A stretch of DNA of 46,852 nucleotides from Chloroflexota bacterium. GTDB lineage: Bacteria; Chloroflexota; Anaerolineae; Promineifilales; Promineifilaceae. Within the stretch, counting starts at the first letter, position 1. Each line of letters begins with the position of its first letter. Shown one piece after another: positions 42,891 to 46,852 of the stretch. A model generated the notes under the pieces. The model had not been told where the DNA came from. It saw nothing but the letters and a program-made list of their open reading frames with translations, and searched no databases. The stretch spans positions 2,895 through 49,746 of the forward strand of contig JAHEJP010000001.1 in assembly GCA_024638855.1 (NCBI GenBank), read 5' to 3'. Both the position numbers and the translations under genes were made by a program.

Positions 42891-44287
42891 ATGTCCATGC
42901 TGGCCAGGGGATATTCTGTGCCTTCAAACCGGTCGGTGTCCCGAGCGAATTTCACCACATCCAGACCAGCCAAGATGATAACGGCCGCAAACAGACCTAC
43001 GGCAGAGATGAAATAGATCGCCCCATACGCCACGTTTTCTGGAGAGCCCATAGCCAGTAATAAATCGCGGATGACGCCGCCCATGAAGGTGCCTAATCCC
43101 TTGGAGACAAGAATGGCCACGGTCCACAAACCTAAGTATGCACCTGCGTTTGGATCAGGCGACATGACAGCCATCAGGCTCAGCCCGCCAAAAGTATAGA
43201 GGCCAAAACCGGCACCAAAGATCACTAGTCCAGTAAGAAATAGAGAGCTGTTCAAGGTGAAGGCGCTTGCCCCAAGCAATGCCATACCCCCGGCCATTAT
43301 CGCCAAGCCAGCCTTGGTCACGCCAGATTGTTCCTCTGGCCGGCGCTTACGCCAGATAATGAATGAGGTTACCAGAATGATAACGGTTGCCGTACCCCAA
43401 TAGCCGGTTAATCGCGTCGTTTGCTCAACCTCCCAATCAAAAACGTCCGCGCCATAAGGTTCCAAAATGTTATCCTGGATCCAGGCTGAAAAAGTGGCAA
43501 CGAAGAGGAAGAGGAAAAAACGGCGGGTCCGGTCGTCAGCCCAAATAGAGTTGAATGTCTCTTTTAAGTTGACTTGCTCACCTGTCGCACGAACCTTGGC
43601 CCAGTGCCGGTTTACCTTTTCAGCGCCGGCTACCGAGAAGAACCAAAAAAATCCACCCACCACGATCACAAATAGTATCAGGCGCCAGAAGAGAGTCGGA
43701 TCATAAGTCGTCAGCAGCCTGCTAAAACCAATGGCCACGATTGGAAACAGGGCAATCAACATCGTCTCGACGATACCAATGGCAATCCCTTGTTTCTCTT
43801 TGGGCGCCGAATCTCGGACTAAGGCCAGGTATGGGCTTCCTGAAAGCAGGGTTCCAAGGCCATAAATCAAGAAGGAAAGCAAGAGAATCGCCCAGGCAGC
43901 AGGATCACCAGTGTTCTTCTCTAGTATCACGGTGCTGCCGCCCAGCAACAACAGGGAAAAAGCCATCAAACCCCTTCCAAGCCATATATAGGATGTCCGG
44001 TACCATCCCCAAAGTGATTTGTTGTCCGAGCGGTAGCCTACCCACAGGCTTATAGGGGCCAGAAGATATTTTAGGGCTAATAACAAACCTACCGGCCAGG
44101 CAGGAATGCCGAAGTCGGAAATCATGATCCGGTTCCAGACTCCAGCAGTTAGGATATCGCCCATGGCGGAGCCAATTTGGAAAGTGCCCAGCCGTAAGAT
44201 GTGCCCGATTTTAAACGGCCGCGCTTCAGATCTATCAGCGATCTCGATGCTTGTAGACGTTGGTTCAATTTGGGTTTCAGTTGTCAT
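42887..44287 (-). CDS. BCD-family (PucC/LhaA-like) MFS transporter
   Basis: N-terminal LRLGTFQIGSAMGDILTAGVWNRIMISDFGIPAW...VGYRSD matches the PucC-family signature. 12 TM helices. The stop overlaps the cyclase gene stop (CTAA). Confidence 0.7.
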   Translation of the reverse strand: MTTETQIEPTSTSIEIADRSEARPFKIGHILRLGTFQIGSAMGDILTAGVWNRIMISDFGIPAWPVGLLLALKYLLAPISLWVGYRSDNKSLWGWYRTSYIWLGRGLMAFSLLLLGGSTVILEKNTGDPAAWAILLLSFLIYGLGTLLSGSPYLALVRDSAPKEKQGIAIGIVETMLIALFPIVAIGFSRLLTTYDPTLFWRLILFVIVVGGFFWFFSVAGAEKVNRHWAKVRATGEQVNLKETFNSIWADDRTRRFFLFLFVATFSAWIQDNILEPYGADVFDWEVEQTTRLTGYWGTATVIILVTSFIIWRKRRPEEQSGVTKAGLAIMAGGMALLGASAFTLNSSLFLTGLVIFGAGFGLYTFGGLSLMAVMSPDPNAGAYLGLWTVAILVSKGLGTFMGGVIRDLLLAMGSPENVAYGAIYFISAVGLFAAVIILAGLDVVKFARDTDRFEGTEYPLASMDI

Positions 44288-44661
44288 CCATGTAGCCTTC
44301 GATGGTTGGGTAAGCCGACCTTTTTAATTTCTGCCATATCGATGATCTGTCGGCTTACTTTAAGAGATAAGTTGTGTCCTTTCTCATCAATTGGATAAAG
44401 TCAGACACTTTTCTTCTCTTGAGTTAGCTGATGTTTTTGATTTGACCAAATCGACGATCCTCCGGCTAATTTCAGAGATCGGGTCATTCGGTTGGCAACT
44501 CGTATTGTATACATTTGTGTAGGTTTCGAAGTATAACAAACGATTGGGGTTGTTCAAGAGTTTTTCGTCTTGCCTATGCATCCCGGCGGCGCACAAAGTC
44601 GCACAACGTTGCCAGATTCGCGCAGAAGCCATGCATTATACTGGTCATTAGTGATATCTAT

Positions 44662-44754
44662 TGTGAGAAAGCCGAAGTTGTTGATTTGGTTGAATTAATA
44701 CTCCTTCTGCTCTCTTTCAGAGAAGAGTTCCGTCTTCACTCATCGTCAAAACAA
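44662..44754 (+). repeat. Copy B of the conserved ~100-nt upstream element
   Basis: See 30623..30724. The order and spacing of both blocks are the same, and it ends 43 nt before the GTG start at 44798. Confidence 0.7.
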
Positions 44755-44797
44755 AATAGGGAACATCACTCTTACCTAATCCAGAGGGAGGTGAAAT

Positions 44798-45505
44798 GTG
44801 CCAGCCAGGTTGATCCTAATCCTATCAGTCTTCGTTTTCCTAGTCGTATCATGCTCGGCCGAGCCGGAAACGATGGTTGAAACTGTGATGCACGAGGCTA
44901 CCGTCGAAGTAGAAGTTACTCGCCTCGTCGAAAATGAGGTGGAAGTTACCCGCGAGGTCGAGATTACTCGTGAAGTCGAAGTACCAGTTGAAGTCACCCG
45001 GATAGTTGAAATCGAGCGCGTCATCACCGCCACACCGGAACCGACGCCTGAACCAACTATGACTGCCACGGTTGCCGCCCTGGCGGCTCCGGCCCAGCCA
45101 GCCACACCTGAACCAGTTCAAGACCTGGCAATAATCTTTCTAGAACAGATGATAAATACCCGGAGGCAAATGCAAAGTTTTGGGGGACAGATTGATGCAG
45201 CATTGAGAGGTGATCCTTTTAGCTGTCTGGATTCTGTCAATCTTTATGATGCGATTGTGAATTCCCCAACGATGGATGTCTCATCTGCTTCGCCTGAGGT
45301 GCAAAATGCTTATGGCCGATACCGTGCTTCTATCGATATTTTTCGAGATGGCGCCAAGGATATGGCTGGTAATTGCCGAGAGGTCGTCGACGGCATCAAG
45401 CAAGGCACAACTATACCGTTTCAGCAATGGGGACTGGCCCGGCAGCAGGTGGACCAAGCAATTGGTATATTGAGCCCGGCAATCCAAATGTTAGGAGGGG
45501 AGTAG
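44798..45505 (+). CDS. Secreted lipoprotein with VEVTR heptad-like repeats, a PT linker and a C-terminal ~130-aa domain of unknown function
   Basis: GTG start after GGGAGGTG. Lipobox LVVSC. EATVEVEVTRLVENEVEVTREVEITREVEVPVEVTRIVEIERV, then TPEPTPEPT. Confidence 0.65.
   Translation: MPARLILILSVFVFLVVSCSAEPETMVETVMHEATVEVEVTRLVENEVEVTREVEITREVEVPVEVTRIVEIERVITATPEPTPEPTMTATVAALAAPAQPATPEPVQDLAIIFLEQMINTRRQMQSFGGQIDAALRGDPFSCLDSVNLYDAIVNSPTMDVSSASPEVQNAYGRYRASIDIFRDGAKDMAGNCREVVDGIKQGTTIPFQQWGLARQQVDQAIGILSPAIQMLGGE
44894..45025 (+). repeat. Short in-frame tandem repeats encoding (V/I)E(V/I)TR units
   Basis: Recurring gaagt(a/t/c)ac(t/c)cg(c/t/g)-type units. At the protein level there are five to six VEVTR-like repeats. 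Confidence 0.8.
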
Positions 45506-46663
45506 AAAGGCCTCTCGCAATTGGCTGAAGCCAAGTCCTAATTCGGCGACGGCGCCATGTGGGTGGACCCAACCGAGGAGCCAGCGATGATGGGTCCCCT
45601 GGATCCATAAGTCGGCCGTCCAGGCACAAAACCCGTACTCGGGTGGTTCGGTACCGTCTCGACTAGGTTCCCATTGGAGCCACAAGATAGGCCCGTCTTG
45701 GGTGGATGCCCACTGGTCGATGTGGTAGAACATCGACTGGCCTTTGTCTCGTAAATACGCCGTCATCCAGGTATTGTAGATGACGATGGTCTCTCTGGGA
45801 CCAGCCGGTAGATTTTGGCTCAAGAAACGAGCCAATTCATCGGGCAGATCAACCTGGTGGATAACCACAGGAGCAGTGGTTGATTCAACCTGGCGAAAGG
45901 CTTCGATCCCTTCCCTAAGTCGGCGAATGCGCCTAACCTGATCACCCCAGATGAAGGCTGCCAAGGTTAATTCGTCCTCCCGGTTTAACAGAGGAAAGGG
46001 CGCAATATCAGATCCCGTGCGGCTGGTAATCCGGGGCGCAGGGCCAAAGTCGGCAAAAAGAGTCGGATCCGGCCGACCACGAAGACTTGTCACAAATTGC
46101 ACTGATTGTCCAAGGCCCAGATCAGCCAATAACTGACCACTCTCTGCCTCCACAAGCTGGTAGGATCGCTGTTCAGCAATCAGATTCAAGCCGGCGCTGG
46201 CTCCCAAGTCTACCAGGTGGATGCTTTCCCAACGGGTGGCTAACACCGGTAAAAGCCAGCATAGGCCCCGTCCGGTTTCATTTGTCTGAACAGTGGCGGA
46301 CTTAATGAAAGGGGTGAATTGCTGACGGTTAGCCATGATCGTTTCTCGTAAAACAGCGACCAAATCATCCTCACCGGGATCAAAACTACCACCTGCTGTG
46401 GGATAAAAGCGCGCAAGGTCAACCGCCTCACCAGACAGGATCTGGCGGTGCAAAGCGGCCGCCAATAGCAAGGTCACGTCCAACGAGCGCCGCTGGCGAC
46501 CGGCATCGATCAGCCAACTGACGCAGGGATCGGTAGCCGCATTCGGGGCTTCCAGCCAACTGGCGACGGCGCTGAATAGGCCAGCGTAGAGCGGAGAGTA
46601 AGTGGTGGCGAATTCTTCCTGTTGCCGAAACCTAGTCGCCAACCGCCGGATCTGATCAGTCAT
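45491..46663 (-). CDS. DUF2332-like protein
   Basis: N-terminal LATRFRQQEEFATTYSPLYAGLFSAVASWLE...RRSLDVTLLLAAALHRQIL...LARFYPT resembles DUF2332. The 3' end overlaps the convergent lipoprotein gene by 15 nt. Confidence 0.6.
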   Translation of the reverse strand: MTDQIRRLATRFRQQEEFATTYSPLYAGLFSAVASWLEAPNAATDPCVSWLIDAGRQRRSLDVTLLLAAALHRQILSGEAVDLARFYPTAGGSFDPGEDDLVAVLRETIMANRQQFTPFIKSATVQTNETGRGLCWLLPVLATRWESIHLVDLGASAGLNLIAEQRSYQLVEAESGQLLADLGLGQSVQFVTSLRGRPDPTLFADFGPAPRITSRTGSDIAPFPLLNREDELTLAAFIWGDQVRRIRRLREGIEAFRQVESTTAPVVIHQVDLPDELARFLSQNLPAGPRETIVIYNTWMTAYLRDKGQSMFYHIDQWASTQDGPILWLQWEPSRDGTEPPEYGFCAWTADLWIQGTHHRWLLGWVHPHGAVAELGLGFSQLREAFLLPS

Positions 46664-46718
46664 ATCGCTGAGGCCTCAACTAGTATGGATCCTTAGCCCA
46701 GCCATCAGGCGCTTAGCT

Positions 46719-46852
46719 TCAATGACCGGGTTTCTTCAAAATGTGGGTGACGACGGTCGCCCCGCTGCCGCCAATATTTTGGGTCATAGCGATTTTCACA
46801 CCACCTATTTGGGCTTTACCGGCCTTTTCGCGTAATTGCAATGTCGCTTCGG
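46719..46852 (-). CDS. C-terminal fragment of a thiolase-like (SCP-x/acetyl-CoA acetyltransferase-type) protein; the 5' part lies outside the window
   Basis: My own translation of the minus strand gives ...EATLQLREKAGKAQIGGVKIAMTQNIGGSGATVVTHILKKPGH*. This matches the thiolase C-terminal pattern (QLRG.AG.RQV...A...N.GG.G). It is absent from the ORF track because it has no start in the window. Confidence 0.5.
   Translation of the reverse strand, partial: EATLQLREKAGKAQIGGVKIAMTQNIGGSGATVVTHILKKPGH

Noticed and set aside
42887-44287. Inferring phototrophy of the organism from the PucC-like MFS gene.
   Set aside because: A single family member with no bch/puf/csm neighbours is insufficient, and BCD-family transporters also occur in non-phototrophs.
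44387-44880. ORFs 44387..44632 (-) and 44515..44880 (+) in the 510-bp intergenic region.
   Set aside because: They overlap each other and the conserved upstream element, have no RBS and an odd composition. The + ORF runs out of frame into the well-supported lipoprotein gene.
1-46852. Looked for CRISPR arrays, tRNA/rRNA genes, transposases, integrases, phage structural genes and flanking direct repeats that would mark a mobile or defence island.
   Set aside because: I found none. The only substantial repeats are the intragenic 744-bp tandem duplication and the two ~100-nt upstream elements. The window reads as core chromosome rather than a mobile element.

Overview
This is a gene-dense 46.9-kb chromosomal segment with about 36 CDS. 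I saw no rRNA, tRNA, CRISPR array, transposase or integrase. The protein repertoire (HAMP-GAF sensors, GT39/GT-C glycosyltransferases, VEVTR-repeat lipoproteins, a cyclase-STAND-TPR protein) looks Chloroflexota/Anaerolineae-like, but that is a gestalt impression and is not verified.

Gene layout:
- 15-13422 (+): eight tightly packed signalling genes. In order: Cache-HAMP-GAF sensor, orphan PotD-like binding protein, HAMP-GAF sensor, multi-GAF protein, giant PAS/GAF histidine kinase, REC, PAS+DHp-only protein, REC.
- 13393-19071 (-): SAM methyltransferase, Cas4-like PD-(D/E)XK nuclease, and an amino-acid ABC transporter. The transporter's binding-protein gene carries a 2 x 744-bp near-identical tandem duplication.
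- 19244-27467: psuG, two GT-C-type membrane glycosyltransferases, a YihY-family protein and murJ.
- 27650-46852: Crp/Fnr regulator + DUF1858, EthD-like protein, alpha/beta hydrolase, NfeD, biotinyl-domain protein, M24 peptidase, GH-A-like lipoprotein, URO-D-like protein, dinB, a small unknown protein + adenylate cyclase-STAND-TPR protein, PucC/BCD-type MFS transporter, VEVTR-repeat lipoprotein, DUF2332-like protein, and a partial thiolase C-terminus.

The best candidate for an undescribed system is the 13.4-kb sensory super-operon. Three sensors lack any catalytic output and end in a shared truncated-GAF-like tail. One GAF subtype recurs five times. A polyamine-type binding protein sits between two of the sensors. 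The gene order HK-REC-DHp-REC suggests a four-step phosphorelay.

Other leads:
- A Cas4-like nuclease / THUMP-like methyltransferase pair.
- A candidate sRNA or leader with an anti-SD-like CU tract, lying beside a perfect TGTGA-N6-TCACA palindrome.
- A ~100-nt conserved upstream element present twice, 14 kb apart.
- The mosaic tandem duplication in the binding-protein gene.

All domain calls come from motif recognition by eye. No database search was run.
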